A stretch of DNA of 64,000 nucleotides from Leucoraja erinacea (lineage: Eukaryota), in assembly GCF_028641065.1 (NCBI RefSeq), contig NC_073377.1:155620001-155684000 (forward strand), read 5' to 3'. The notes beneath the pieces were generated by a model. That model was not told the DNA's origin, searched no databases, and saw only the letters and a program-made list of their open reading frames with translations. Of the stretch, positions 1 to 13,847 are shown in pieces (within the stretch, counting starts at the first letter, position 1; each line of letters opens with the position of its first letter). Both the position numbers and the translations under genes were made by a program.

Positions 1-3000
1 ATTGTAGTGCAGCAGTTCCATTGACATAGCCTAGTTTCTGCTGTGGGGTGGAGGTGAATCAGACATTTTTAAGACCCATTGCACTATTTTTGTATTTTAA
101 CTCACACATACTATAACATATGTCACATGTGTGCTTTGGACGACTGATGTTTCTGTGAGACGTGTAACATCAACATAAGTTGTCAAGTTGCCGTAAAGAT
201 AATAAAGGGTCATTAACCTGAAATGTTAACTTTGTTTCTCTGTCCATAAATACTAACTGACAAGCAGTTTTTTCAATATTTTCTATTTTATTTCAGATTT
301 CCAGATTGTGTAGTTCATTGATTTTTAATAGAGTTAAGAAGTTCAAACAACCTACAGGATGACCTGATATGATTGAAAGCAATATGTGGGGGGGGGAGAG
401 GGGGCTGCGGAATGCACAAGTGATCAGAATTGGAGGATTGTGGAGTTCTCAGAGGATGTAGGACTAGAGAAGGTTGCAAGAATAAGAAAGGGTGTGACCA
501 TAAGGGAGCGAGATGAGAATATTAAATTTAACTTGTTGGGCGAGAAGAACAATATTTGTTAATGAGCACTGAGATGATAGGTGAACAGTGCATGTTGGCC
601 AACTGGATAAAATCAACATAGTTTTGCGGGGGGTTGTGGTTTATAGAGGATGGCATATAAAAATGTCACAATAGCATATTGTTAATTAACTCTAAAGATG
701 ACTGTTAAATAAATCAGTATTTTTTGGCAGCAGAACTGAAATGAATGAATGAGACTCAGGCTGAAGATTGTTTTTTTTCACAATGTATTTAATTTTGAAG
801 AAATTATGGCAGATTTTCAAGTTTGTTGTGTTGCTTCGAGGGAAGCATGCTGACACCAGAAAAATGGTGTCCCCATGCACCTGAAGCCCTTGTCCAATAG
901 AGTTTGTAGTTGTGGAAAGTAGGTGATGTGGAGTAGGCTCGGCGAATAACTAAGTACAATTTAACGCTGATAATCTGGCACAGTCAGGACTTTAGTGCTG
1001 TTGGACTAACAGATTCACCAGGCTATTAGTTGGTATTTCTATTCCAACTGAAACACGCTTTTAATTATTGTATTGTATTGTATTCAAATTTATTGTCATT
1101 GTCTCAATTAGAGACAACAAAATGAATTTTCCTTACAGGCAGTATCATAAAAATAAATAAATAATAAATAATAAAACATATTTTAAAAAAATTATTATAT
1201 TAAAAATGTATATTATATTCAAAATTAACTTTTTTTAGATGTTACACAGAAATATAATAACCTATATAGTGAGCCAGATAGGTTTAAAGGGGGCACAGGA
1301 TCTAGTGCCCCAGTTTGACCAAGATGGCGCATAACCCAGGCGAATATTTGTGTGCTAGCCACGGAAGCAGATCTACAAATTCGCATTACAACCACTCCAC
1401 ACTATTAAATCTCTATCCCTACAGCAACCTTTCTTACTTTGACTATGATCTTCTTAAACTCCTCTTGGACTTTGCTGGCTTTACCTTGCGCTAAACGTTA
1501 TTCCCTTATCATGCATCTGTAAACTGTAAATGGATCGATTGTAATCATGTATTGTCTTTCTGCTGACTGGTTGGCACGCAACAAAAAGCTTGTCACTGTA
1601 CCTTGGCACACGTGACAATAAACTAAACCGAACTGAATGGTAAGTGAAAAGGGCATGCTTTAACTGGGGTCTAATGAATCGAAATGGAGCTTGAGGTCTG
1701 GGCACACAGTAAGTAAAAAGGGGCCATGGCTGAAGCAAAGAGTGTTTGGCCCAATGCCCCAGGAGGTAGAATGGGAGCCAGGGCCACTGCGAGTGGGAAG
1801 GGAGAATGGCAAACATTGTCCATTGACACAGGTGCTGAGTCATTGGGATTTCCAAATTGTCATGTCAAGAGTCAAGAGTCAATTTAATTGTCAAACGAAA
1901 TGCCGTCTCAGCAGCCATACATTACACACAAATAGACCCCAGACACAACATAATTACATTTAACATAAACATCCATCACATTGCTGTGATAGAAGGCAAA
2001 AAAAAACGTATCTGTCCCCCCCCACCCCCCCCCCCACCCCCCCACACACACCCCAACATAGATGAACTACATTGAGTTTCTTGAGTGTAAAATAACAAAA
2101 ACGCGGACAGGCTGCAGAGGCCGCTGCTGGCCAGAGCCGCGCCGTCTACCGCCATCATGTAGAAGATTATTGGAGATTTACTGTAAATTTTATAGATGAT
2201 CTACATTGAGTTTCTTGAGTGTAGGTAATGAAAGCATAAAGCTGTCATAAAGGCCAAAGATAATGGCTTCATTCTTCCCTTAACTGCTGGAATAACAATG
2301 CACCCAGGACTGGATGCTGGTAAACGGTTTGACGGCATTAGGGACAAGAGAAGGGGGCAGTAGCTGGAACCAAGAATGACAATCTAGATCTATTCAGAAT
2401 AGATTCCACCAACTTTTTGTCTGCACGAAACAGGGGAAATTATAACATTTAATTTGCTATTTGGAAAATAAAAAGTGTGGGCATGAAAAACTGCTTCAGC
2501 ATCGAAAACAAATATTCCATCTCTTTTCACCTTTTATATAAAGCCTAGGAAGAAGATGGTTTTTCCTTAGTTTGGAATGTGATCATTCAGGTTATTAAGT
2601 ATTGGTTGGTATTAAAATAGATGACCCCTTGCCCCGACAGTTCACTTAACTCAATGGGCTAAATGACTGTTTTTTGTCCCCATAAAACCTGAATCTAGTT
2701 AAAAGATTGTATCGTGCTTTGAAACATTCTCAACTTTTTGAACATTCTGGATTTTCACTAAAACGAACTGCACTAATTTTAGATAACACATACACACTAA
2801 ATGTTTATGCTATTTTCTAACCCCTTCCCTACTAATCTTGGCACTGCATCAGCCAATTATTGCAGCTTTAGCAGGCCCAGGCTCATTACATCAGATTTTA
2901 TTTAACCTTCACTGAAGTACTTGATCTCTTGTACGTCCAGAAACCTTCTTGACAGAGTTTGTCAATTAGAGCTTCTCAAAAACTGTATTCTTTAGCACTG

Positions 3001-3596
3001 TACTACAATCCTCTGGTATTTTGGGACACATGTCCCATTGTCTCCATTGCTATTAATTTTCCTTCATTTCATGCATCTGCCAAGATACCTCAAATAATTT
3101 CTACCTTCTGATGGTGTGTGGTCATCGAGAGAATCAGTAGGTAGACAAAAATGCTGGAGAAACTCAGCGGGTGCAGCAGCATCTATGGAGCGAGCGAGGG
3201 AATCTGTAGACCACATGACCATTCTTCGCATACACTGCTGATGGATCATTTAAGGAACACCCCTAAACCAGGGACTTGAGTCAGTGGTGATCAATGGCCT
3301 TGTCACTATCTTTTAAAAATGATCAGAAACAAGGCTATTCTTTTAATGCTCGTGCTAATATAAATATGCTAATATGAAATTAATCTCTTTTGAAGGAAGT
3401 GTCAGAAATTTTTTGGTCATTTAATCTGGATGTAAGGCAAGGCATCTTGAGAGAGAGAAATTATGTTTCTATTTTGTCATTGTTTAGGGCAGGTTGAGAT
3501 CAAGAAGGAGGAGGTGTTGGTGATCTTAAAGAGCATTATGGTGGATAAAACCCCAGGGCCTGATGGGATCTATCCCAGGTTATTGGATTAGTTAAC

Positions 3597-3856
3597 ATGG
3601 TGGCCCAGCAGCAGAGTTGCTGCCTTACAACGCTAGAGACCCGGGTTTGATCCTGACTACGGGTTCTGTCTGTATGGAGTTTGTACGTTCTCCCCGTGAT
3701 CGCATGGGTTTCTAAAGACATACAGGTTTTTGTAGGTTAATTTGGTAAAATTCGGTTAAAATTGTCAATTGTCCTTGGTGTGTAGGGTAGTACTCGTGTA
3801 TGGGAATCACTGGTCGATGCGGAGTCGCTGTATCTCTAAAGTAAACAAAACTAAAC
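3597..3856 (+). mobile_element. tRNA-derived SINE (elasmobranch type)
   Basis: A/B-box-like head tggcccagcagcagagttgctgcc..gacccgggtttgatcctgact; body tgtatggagtttgtacgttctcccc; tail tgtatctctaaa. Related copies at 19625-19912(-), 22225-22825, 39045-39342 and 46290-46590(-). Confidence 0.75.
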
Positions 3857-4084
3857 TATTGAGGGAGTCAAGAGTGTTTTATTGTTATATATCCCAGATA
3901 GAACAATGAAATTCTTACTTACTGCAGCACAACACAATATGTAATCATAATACATAACTAAACTAAGTGGGACCCGTTGGGTCCCATTCACACGGGAGGC
4001 CTGGTCCCCCCAACGCAACCCATCATCCAACGCAATATTCCACAACTCACCTGTTCCCCCAACGCAACCCGTTCCCCCAAAGGT

Positions 4085-5135
4085 CAGCAAGCAGTCAGTA
4101 TGCTCTCTACTGTGCACCTGCATAAGTTCAAGAGAATCTCCTTTGACATACCGAATCTCCGTAATCTTCTCAGGAAGCAGAGGCGCTGATGTGCTTTCTT
4201 TATGATTGCATGAATGTGCTGGGTCCGGGAAAGTTTGTCGGAAATATTCACGGCAAGAATTTAAAATGTTTGGCTCTCTCCACCATCGTCCCATTGATGT
4301 AAACAGGATTATGGGTCCTCATCCTTCCTCTTCCAAAGTCCACAATCAGTTATTTGGTTTTGCTGATATTGAGAGGCAGGTTGTTGTGCTGACACCATAT
4401 GGTCAGTCGGTCTCACTTCTACACTCTGACTCATCACCATTTGTAATTCGTCCCACAACGGTGGTGTTGTCAGTGAACTTGAAAATGGAGTTTGCACTGT
4501 GTCCGGCTACACAGTCATGAGTATAGAGTGAGTATAGCAGGAGGCTGAGCACACAGCCTTGAGGTGTTCCCGTACTGATTGTTACTGAGGATGAAGTGTT
4601 TCTGCCAATTCGAACAGACTGTGGTCTGTGGATGAGGAAGTCGAGGATCCAATTGCAGAGGGATGCGCAGAGACCCAGTTCCGTGAGTTTCGTAACCAAC
4701 TTGGAGGGGATGATGGTATTGAACGCCGAGCTGTAGTCTATAAACAACAGCCTGATGTAAGTGGATTTATTGTCCAAGTGGTCCAGTGTGGAGTGGAGAG
4801 CCAGTGAGATCGCATCCTCAATGGACCTATTGTGACGGTGGGCAAACTGTAGTGGGTCGAGGTTCTTATTGAATTAGTTATTGATATGCACCATAACCAA
4901 CCTCTCCAAGCGCTTCATCACCACAGATGTTAGTACCACTGGTCGATAGTCATTGAGGCACATCACCTTACTCTTCTTGGGCACCGGTATTAATGATACC
5001 CTCTTAAAGCAGGGGGGGACCTCAGACCTCAGCAGTGAGAGATTCAAAATGTCCTCAAGACCCCTGCCAGGGGGTCTGCACAGGTTTTGAGAACTCGACC
5101 GGGGATACCATCAGGTCCAGGCAAGAGGGTAGCGT
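4085..5135 (-). mobile_element. Rex1/Babar-type LINE RT fragment
   Basis: [47 protein letters not shown] in ORF 4403-4777(-). Confidence 0.85.
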
Positions 5136-5199
5136 GCCCAGAGAATAGAATGCAGGGGCTTTTGTTGCCTCTCCAGTCCCGGATGACTCAATGTGATCG

Positions 5200-6720
5200 C
5201 AGAAACTATAGGGTGGTAGGGAAACTATTGGAGAAGATTCTTTGGGATAGCATTTACTCTGATTCAAAAGAGTATGGGCTACTGAGGAACAGTCAGCAAG
5301 GCTTTGTCGGTGAGACATCATGCCTTCAAAACTTGATTGTGATTTTTTGAAGAGTTGTTCAATGAAGGAGCACTATGCTACAAACAGTGACAAAACAATG
5401 AACTGTCTTGATTGCACTAGTGACTTTGGGCTTTTGTTTTGCACTAATATTATTTTATTTTAATGTATTGAATTTTATTTTGTTTCTTATGTTATCTATA
5501 TGTTTACAGATCTGTTAAGCTGCTGCAAATAATAATTTTAATGTTCCTTTTTCGGTACATTTTTATGGCAATTAAATGCTTTTGATGAGGGGAGGGAAGT
5601 GGAAGGGGTCTACATAGATTTTAGTAAGGCATTTGATAAAGTGCTCCATGGTAGGCTGATCCAGAAGATTAAGATGCACAGGATCTGTGATGATTTAGCC
5701 GTTTGAATGAAGAACTGGTTTCCTCATAGAAGACTGAGGGTTATGGTGGAAGGGTATTAATCTGGCTGGAGATCTGTTACCAGTGGAGTTCCACAGGGAA
5801 CTCTGGTGGGACTTTCATTGTTTGTGATATATATAAACGACTTGGACATAAATGTAGATGCGTTGATTAGTAAGTTTGCAGATGACACCAAAATTGGTGG
5901 AGTTGTGGACATTGATGTAGGCTGTTATAGTATCTAGCGGGATATAGATCAACATTAATTTACAGTGGGACCATGGAGTCCAAGTCCAAATCTCCCTGAG
6001 AGTGACAACACAAGTAGATAGTGATAGAGAAGACGATGGTATGCTTCCCTTCATTGGTTGGGGCATTGAGTGTAAGAGTCAGGGAGTTATGGCGTAGCTT
6101 TATAAGACAATGGCCGCGCCGCATTTGGAGTATTATGTGTAGTTCCTGTTGCCCATTACAAGAATAATGGGGGGTGCAGATGAGTTTTACCAGGATGCTG
6201 ACAAAATTAGTAGGATAGTGTGAATATATGCAGGGATCGTCGGTCCGCGTGGATTCGGTGGGCCGAAGGGCCTGTTTCTGTGCTGTATCTCTAGACTAAA
6301 TTAAAAATTAGAGGAAATTGCCTAGAAGGAGAGGTTGACAAATTTTGATGTTTTTCCCTCTGGAATATCAGAGGTTGAGGGGAAGCAATACAGAAGTATA
6401 TAAAATGATGAGAGGCATAAAGAGGGAAGGCAGTCAGAACATTTTCCAGGGTGGAGATGTCTAGTCATAGCTTTAAGGTGAGAAGGGCAACGTTTATAGA
6501 AGATGTGCAGGGCGATATTTCAAAACCGAGAGTGGTGAATTCCTGAAATACACTGCCAAAGATGGTGGTAGAGGCAGATACTGTGGTGGTATTTAAGAGA
6601 CTTTTAGATAGACACCGGGATGGAATGGAGGGAATGGAGGGAAATGGATCATGTGCATGCAGATAAGATTAGTTTAATTTGGCATTATGTTCGATACGGA
6701 CATTATAGGCCAAAGGACCT
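5200..6720 (+). mobile_element. Old degenerate CR1 LINE (RT to 3' UTR) with internal insertions
   Basis: Remnants of GKLLEKIL..SQQGFV, DFSKAFDKV, SGVPQG and KFADDTKIGG motifs with stops and frameshifts. Confidence 0.8.
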
Positions 6721-7962
6721 GTTCTACGTTTAGCATTAAATTGAATAAAAAGATCAACCGTTAAGAATCAACCACGTAGATTTGCCACATTGATCACATC
6801 TCAAAAATATTTAATTTGTACTTTAGGGAAATCCCGCGATTTGAAAGAAGTAAAATATATATATATTTTTTTCATCCATCAGCAGCGGCAATAAAATCTG
6901 TCATTGCTTTCTGGATGAGTGGCACAGCTTAAAGATTAATGTAAAATATAAAATAATATTTGAACCAAAATAGAAGCCATCTAAATCAAAGTATTGTTTG
7001 CTGAGATAACCACTCTTATTATGCTGTAATGTTTTTCAGTTTTCAATGGTCCCAAGTGTGCCAGTTTACGTGGCAATCATTGTTTCAAATGCCCCCTTAA
7101 AACATACTTTTAACAATTTTAAAGATCTATTTGTAGTAGTTTCCAATTTTGGTAAATCATTTTCTTAAGTTTTATATTGTCAAATATATTTCCACGACAG
7201 ATAAACACAATAAGATGATATTACTGAAATTTAAACTTAATCGAATTTTATCGGCAAGAGTAATAAGACTATTCCAAATTACAAAACAGGAACATTTTGA
7301 GTTTGGTGACAAACCACATAAGCTTTTAGCTCGCCAATTGAAAAAACAAGAAAAGGAAAATACTATAACCAAAATTAAATCAGAGAAAGGTGAATTACTA
7401 ATACTACCTAAAGATATTAATAATAGATTTGCTCAATTTTATCAAAACTTGTATACATCTAAAATTAAAATAGAAGATAGTAAAATTAAAAAAAAATTAG
7501 ATAACTGTAATCTTCCAAAACTGGACCTTTTGGAACAAGAGGAACTTGGAGCTCAAATTACAATCAAAGAAATAGGTGAAACAATAAAATCGTTGAAAAA
7601 TGGTAAGACACCGTGACCAGATGGTTTTAGTAATGAATTTTATAAAAAAATGTCATGAGATAACGGCCCCTTATTTATTTAATTTATACTCCCATGCTTT
7701 TAAAGAAAACAAACTACCTGAAACACTAACAGAATCAACTGTTACGCTTATTCCAAAAAAAGATAAAGATTTAGAAGATCCAGGCTCATACAGAGCTATA
7801 TCACTTTTAAATACAGATCAGAAAATCTTAGCAAAGACTTTAGCAAGAAGATTAAGCAAATATATTAGTAAATTGATAAACCCTGATCAAACAGGGTTTA
7901 TACCCAAAAGATACTCATTTAATAATTTGAGACGTCTGTTTAATATAATGTACTCGCATAAG

Positions 7963-8790
7963 ATGTGCAGTATAATGTGGATAAATGTGAGGTTATCCAT
8001 TTTGGTGGCAAAAACGGGAAAGCAGACTATTATCTAAATGGTGGCCGATTGGGAAAGGGGGAGATGCAGCGAGACCTGGGTGTCATGGTACACCAGTCAT
8101 TGAAGGTAGGCATGCAGGTGCAGCAGGCAGTAAAGAAAGCGAATGGTATGTTAGCTTTCATTGCAAAAGGATTTGAGTATAGTAGCAGGGAGGTTCTACT
8201 GCAGTTGTACAGGGTCTTGGTGAGACCACACCTGGAGTAATGCGTACAGTTTTGGTCTCCAAATCTGAGGAAGGACATTATTGCCATAGAGGGAGTGCAG
8301 AGAAGGTTCACCAGACTGATTCCTGGGATTTCAGGACTGTCTTATGAAGAAAGACTGGATAGACTTGGTTTATACTCTCTAGAATTTAGGAGATTGAGAG
8401 GGGATCTTATAGAAACTTACAAAATTCTTAAAGGGTTGGACAGGCTAGATGCAGGAAGATTGTTCCCGATGTTAGGGAAGTCCAGGCCAAGGGGTCACAG
8501 CTTAAGGATAAAGGGGAAATCCTTTAAAACCGAGATGAGAAGAACTTTTTTCACGCAGAGAGTGGTGAATTTCTGGAACTCTCTGCCACAGAGGGTATAT
8601 TGAGGCCAGTTCATTGGCTATATTTAAGAGGGAGTTAGATGTGGCCCTTGTGGCCAAGGGGATCAGAGGGTAGGGAGAGAAGGCAGGTACGGGATACTGA
8701 GTTGGATGATCAGCCATGATCATATTGAATGGGGGTGCAGGCTCGATGGGCCAAATGGCCTACTCCTGCACCTAATTTCTTGTTTCTATG
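7963..8790 (+). mobile_element. CR1-clade (HER1-like) LINE 3' fragment nested inside the L1
   Basis: MQYNVDKCEVIHFG..RDLGV..LVRPHLE..QRRFTRLIPG..RLRGDLIETYK..FFTQRVV; ends in the CR1 3' UTR and TTTCTATG tail. Confidence 0.9.
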
Positions 8791-10703
8791 TTCTACCCAA
8801 ACTATAAAGAAGAGGAAGAAAATATATCAATTATTTCTTTGGATGCAGAGAAAGCATTTGATCAGGTAGAGTGGCAATACTAAAAAAGTACTAACAAAAT
8901 TAATATGAAGAACCCAATTTTATATATGGGTAAAATAAGAATTTGAAACAAATAAACCGGGCAAGAAAATTAAGAAATAACATCAATGTTATCTCAAAAC
9001 CCTTTATTTACTATCAGGGGTAATAGGCATATAACCAATGGCCCCTGCGGATTAGAAGGATCAGGATATGAACCCCTGGGGAAAACCTATAAGAATTCCA
9101 TCCGAATTTCAGGGCTAAAATACCAGGGACTTAAAAACAATAAAATCTCATTATATGCAGACGATATGATTTCATGATTACAAAGTCACAAGCGAGCATA
9201 CCAAATAATTCCTGATTTAATAGAGGAATTTGGGTCTTTTTTGAAGATAGAACAAAAATGGAATATCATATGAAATCATGACATTAAAAATCAAGAACCT
9301 ACACACTTATTGAAGTTCCCCTTTAAAATCGCAACAGAAAAATGATAAATATTACGAAGATTACTAGAAAATGTAAAGCATATATTCAACGCTAATTTCA
9401 TACCTTTATTAAATAAACTAAATCAATGATTAAATTTTGGAAAACACTTCCTTTATCATTATTAGGTAGATTAAATGCAATAAAAATGATCTTCCTACCA
9501 CAATTACTATACCTATTTCAGTCTATATACCAAAATATTTTTTTATTAGACTCTAATATCACTAATTTTATTTGGGACTATAGATCACATAGAATTAAAA
9601 AAAAACACTTATGTAAACCAAAAGAGGTCGGGGGACTTTCACTTCCGAATTTTATATATTATTACTGGGCAGTGCATATTAAGAATATAATTTTTGGCTG
9701 GATAGTTCTGCCCACCAAAGACAGAATGGCCAAAAATGGAGAAAACGACCCACGGTTGTCCCATCCTTGTAATATAGGAACGATCCCCTTCTCCCCCGAA
9801 AAAAGACGCTGAATAACAAAATATTGCTAAAAGAACCCAATTAGTTTGGAGTACAATAAGATGTGGAAACAAATAAAAAGGGGTAAACTTTAAAATCTAA
9901 GAAATTTATCATTGTTAATGCCAATAGCAAATAACCCTTTATTTAAACCATCTCTTATTGATAAAACATATAACCAATGGGAAAGTCTCGGAATTAGAAG
10001 GATCGGGGATATGTACGAAATGGGAAACCTACTATCATTCCAACAATTACAATTAAAATTTAAACTGAAAAACAAACAATATTTTAAATATCTTCAGATT
10101 TGCGATTTCATGAAAAAATATATACAAGGATATCAAAAAATAACTCCTGAATTATTGGAAGAAGCAATGAATATTGAAGCTGACTCACAAAAATTAATAT
10201 CATATTTATATAATAGTATTCTAAATATAGTCCTAACATCGACAGAGGTGCTTAGAGAAGAATGGGAACGGGAATTAATGATAAAAATTACGAAGGTTAC
10301 ATGGGAAAAGTATTTGATATATATTCACAAATGTTCGATTAATGTAAGACATCATCTAATTCAATTTAAAATTGTACATAGATTATATCATTCAAAAACA
10401 AGATTGAACAAATTTTATCCAAATATATCCCCCATTTGTGATAAATGTCTATCCCAAAACGCAACTATAACACACTCCTTAGTTTCCTGCACAAAACTTT
10501 ATAGATTTTGGAGTGATATTTTCGAAATATTTACAAAATTATTCTAGATAAGAATGGAACCTAATACTGAAATTATTATATTTGGAGTAATGGAAGATGG
10601 GAATAAATTGACCACATCTCAAAATTTATTTTTTAACTATGGTTTAATAATAGCAAAAAAATTAATACTTAAATTTTGGAAAAATACATCATTACCAACG
10701 CTT

Positions 10704-11010
10704 CCAGGACAAACAGACTCAGGAATAGCTGCTTCCCGAGAATTATATCTACCATAAATTCAAATCCACACATGCACTGACTACACCGCCCAACACGGAC
10801 TTCCATCTGTATATATGTATATATGTATGTAGCGCCGGAAATCCGAAAATGTGCACCTATTCCCCCCCCCCCCCTGGTCCCAAGGCCTTCGGTTTTGTTT
10901 TGCTGTTGTATTTTTTTGGAGTAAATGAAATGTATGCACTGAGTACGAGCAGCTTTCAGTTTCACTGTACATGTATAGTGACAATAAATGGCATATCTAT
11001 CTATCTATCT
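10704..11010 (+). mobile_element. Short LINE 3' fragment (Rex/L2-like tail, ends in (TATC)n) nested in the L1 3' region
   Basis: Interrupts the L1 reading TSLPTL|KMWIAS; ends tttcactgtacatgtatagtgacaataaa then tatctatctatc. Confidence 0.55.
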
Positions 11011-11633
11011 TGAAATGTGGATTGCAAGTATGTTGGACACCGCACATCTAGAGGAAATGTGATTCCTCCTAATGTATAAATTAGACCAATTCATAACGAG
11101 TTGGTCTCCATTTGTCGTCTTCTTGGAATCATATGGTGCAACACAATTGTAAAAACTAACTGTTTCAGGACTGGACGAGGGTTGGTCAAGATTATAAACA
11201 ATTATCTCTTTTTTTTCTTCTTTCTTTATGTCTTATTCTCTTTTTTCTATTTCTTTTCATCAACTTTCTTCACTCATTCGTCTTTCTTCTTTTTCTTCAC
11301 ACACTATATATCTCATGCTTTTCTATCCTTTACTATCTAATTTCTTTTTCTTATTCCAATCTTTCTTTAATATAACAAAAAAAAAATTAGAAGCTGTACA
11401 TAAAATGTATTATGCAATATATATTAGGCACTTTGGTGCCATGTGATTGTACTTACTTCTAATAAAATAAAATATTAATTAAAAAAATTTAAAAAACATA
11501 CTTTTAACAATTTTAAAGATCTATTTGTAGTAGTTTCCAATTTTGGTAAATCATTTTCTTAAGTTTTATATTGTCAAATATAAAGTCATAAAGTGTAAAT
11601 GTAGCAGATATCTCTTTCTAATGGACATCGGAA

Positions 11634-11947
11634 TCTATATACTATTAAAACTCTGTGCGTGTGTGTGTGGGTGTATGTCATCGCCCACCCACTCCACCCC
11701 CCCCCCGCCCACGTACTCGGGATCTGAAGCGCCGAGGATGCGAGGCCATGGAGCTGACATTCACTCTGAGGCCGACAGCTGCTGGGCGGCCCTACCCCTC
11801 TCCTCCCTCACTTCTTAATATAATATCAATGGGGGTGGTTGGTGTGTGTGGGTGGGTTGGTTAGTGTGTGTGTGACGCCTCAGGCCGCCCCCTCCCCTGC
11901 AACCGCGCATTGCGGGAACAAACCCAACGGGTCTGCACTTGGTCTAG
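11634..11947 (+). mobile_element. Non-autonomous Helitron-like element
   Basis: Starts A|TC(TATATACTATTAAAACT), ends with subterminal hairpin ACCC-AAC-GGGT and CTAG|T. No target-site duplication. Confidence 0.7.
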
Positions 11948-13477
11948 TAACAATTAAATTTTCTCAGTCTGCATATTTATGACGATCTTCAGAGATTAGC
12001 TTTTTTTATGTACCAATCTTTTTTAATTCAATTAAGGTTCGTGAATTAGCATGCTGTGATTTGTACTCGTTTCCTTCTTATTTTTGGCCCATTAAACCAG
12101 CCTCTATTTTATCATAAATGAACATCAGTAAATGGAGTTGTTCAATAGTGTTAGTGAACTGTGTTAGCAGATTGCAGGTTAAAATCCAATTCCAAACACG
12201 TAATCTGCGCAAGTACCTTCAACTATGTACAAGAGCAATCTGTTGTTTTGCTATTACAGTTAAATAACTTCACAATGATTTTTTTTAGATGAAAATGTTC
12301 ACATTCACATTAACAAGTGTTTAAATATAGATGGCTTAGAATTTTCACATTTAATTTTAAACATTCTGGTCCACTGCATTCAAACATTCCAGCCTGAAAT
12401 ACTAACAACAGATTTACTTGATTTGATTGCTTACTGTATATGGACCCGTCTCCCAAAATATCTGAGATCTTACTGTTGCAGTCACATATTTCCACCCATT
12501 CCCAGCTTTGCACTTAAACAGATTTGCTCGCACCTACCGATGTTTCCAAGGACTACTGCAGCCAGACCCATCCTCACCTTCACAACGTCTATTATAAGGG
12601 TCTCACCAACACCAAGGCTTACTATCATTTCACCCAATACATGGCAGCACTCACTCCCTGAGAACTACTGGCAGGAACTATCTACTGACACAAGGGCTGG
12701 CAGCTGGAATGATGAGCTCAATGGAAAGCTCAGAAGAACAACACATTCAACTGTTGGATCTTCCGATCACAACAGCTGGTGGGAATAAGAAGTTCACAAG
12801 ATTGCCACCAATTAAATGCTTTTTTTTTTAAAATCCCTGAAGTCCAGGAAATAAAAAGATTCTTCATTAGGAAAGGAAATGTAGTATTGTTTAGTTTAGA
12901 GATACTGTGCGGAAACAGGACCTTCGGCCCACCTAGTCCACACGGACCAGCCATCCCCGTACGCCAAAAGGCTGGAGTGTTTTAGATTCATTAACGGGAA
13001 TGGGAATTTTGTGAAAGCCTAACCTTTTATTATTTTAGATTGAGAGAGTTTCAATTTCCCTATTCTTCCGAGCCACAACCAGTATCGACAGGTTTCGGTA
13101 TAACATCAGGAATAGAGAAGGGTCTTGCAAAATTATACAATGCTCCAAAAATATCCTTCTGGTTCCACACTTCAGTTCAATTGTAAAGTATGCCATGCAA
13201 TGCCAGGATATCATTCGAACAAATTGAAATTGCTAAATCTCCATTCCCTAACGGCAAAACGTATTTGAAACCTTTTCTTAAGAAATCCTTGAAAAGTAGC
13301 ACCACATGTAAAAAATAATAAGTCAAAAGCTAAAAGAGAAAAATGTTGAATTGTTCAATGTATTGTTTGCACCAGTTTCTTGACTTTTAATGGATTATAT
13401 TACTCACGGTAAAGATGTTTTGAATGATTATCTTATTTGTCAGTCGTGCTTTTTAATCACTCCTTGCTTTTACTTAG

Positions 13478-13599
13478 GTGTGCAGTGGATCACCATCTTA
13501 GAGACTCCACTGGCAATCTGACCATACTTTGTTCAGAGTCAAATACTTGGAATAAGTCATCAGGAAGAATAATCAAGATAACAAGGGGAAAAGATTATG
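13478..13599 (+). CDS. HHIP: HHIP internal coding exon (equivalent to human exon 8), beta-propeller: (R)CAVDHHLRDSTGNLTILCSESNTWNKSSGRIIKITRGKDY
   Basis: Acceptor tacttag|G, donor G|gtaatt; 122 bp, phase 2 to 1. Translation matches recalled human HHIP CAVDRHPTDININLTILCSDSNGKNRSSARILQIIKGKDY, with the NLT and N-x-S sequons kept. Confidence 0.95.
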
Positions 13600-13847
13600 G
13601 TAATTGCAAATCTCAAAGCATAATTATATTTTTGAACAGCTGCTCGTAAATTTGACATTGATGTACTGGAAATGTTAAAAAAAGATTATAACTTCTTTGT
13701 TATTGTTAAAATTACAAACAGTACATTAGAAAATGATCCTACCCCCAAACGTTACATGGAGAATCCAGGAAAAGCAATTGTATTTCTGATATGTGTATCA
13801 TTTGGCTAACATTTCTTGTCATTTTAATGCTAGTTTTTGCCTTTCAG

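Larger units (their letters stand above)
7189..11492 (+). mobile_element. 5'-truncated L1-clade LINE (ORF2 linker, RT and C-terminal Cys-rich region), with nested insertions and an A-rich tail
   Basis: ORF fragments FEFGDKPHKLLA, LIPKKDKDLEDPGSYRAISLLNTDQKILAK..DQTGFIPKR, SLDAEKAFD, LYADD, CDKC..H..C. AATAAA and A-rich tail at about 11461-11492. TT|AAAA insertion site and 90-bp direct repeats on both flanks. Confidence 0.92.

Noticed and set aside
7149-10757. Host protein-coding gene from several long ORFs
   Set aside because: These are fragments of L1 ORF2 and a nested CR1 with stops and frameshifts.
1-13477. Upstream HHIP exons (e.g. DFTGSVLRLDV..HDPGR)
   Set aside because: Not found by eye; they probably lie 5' of the window.
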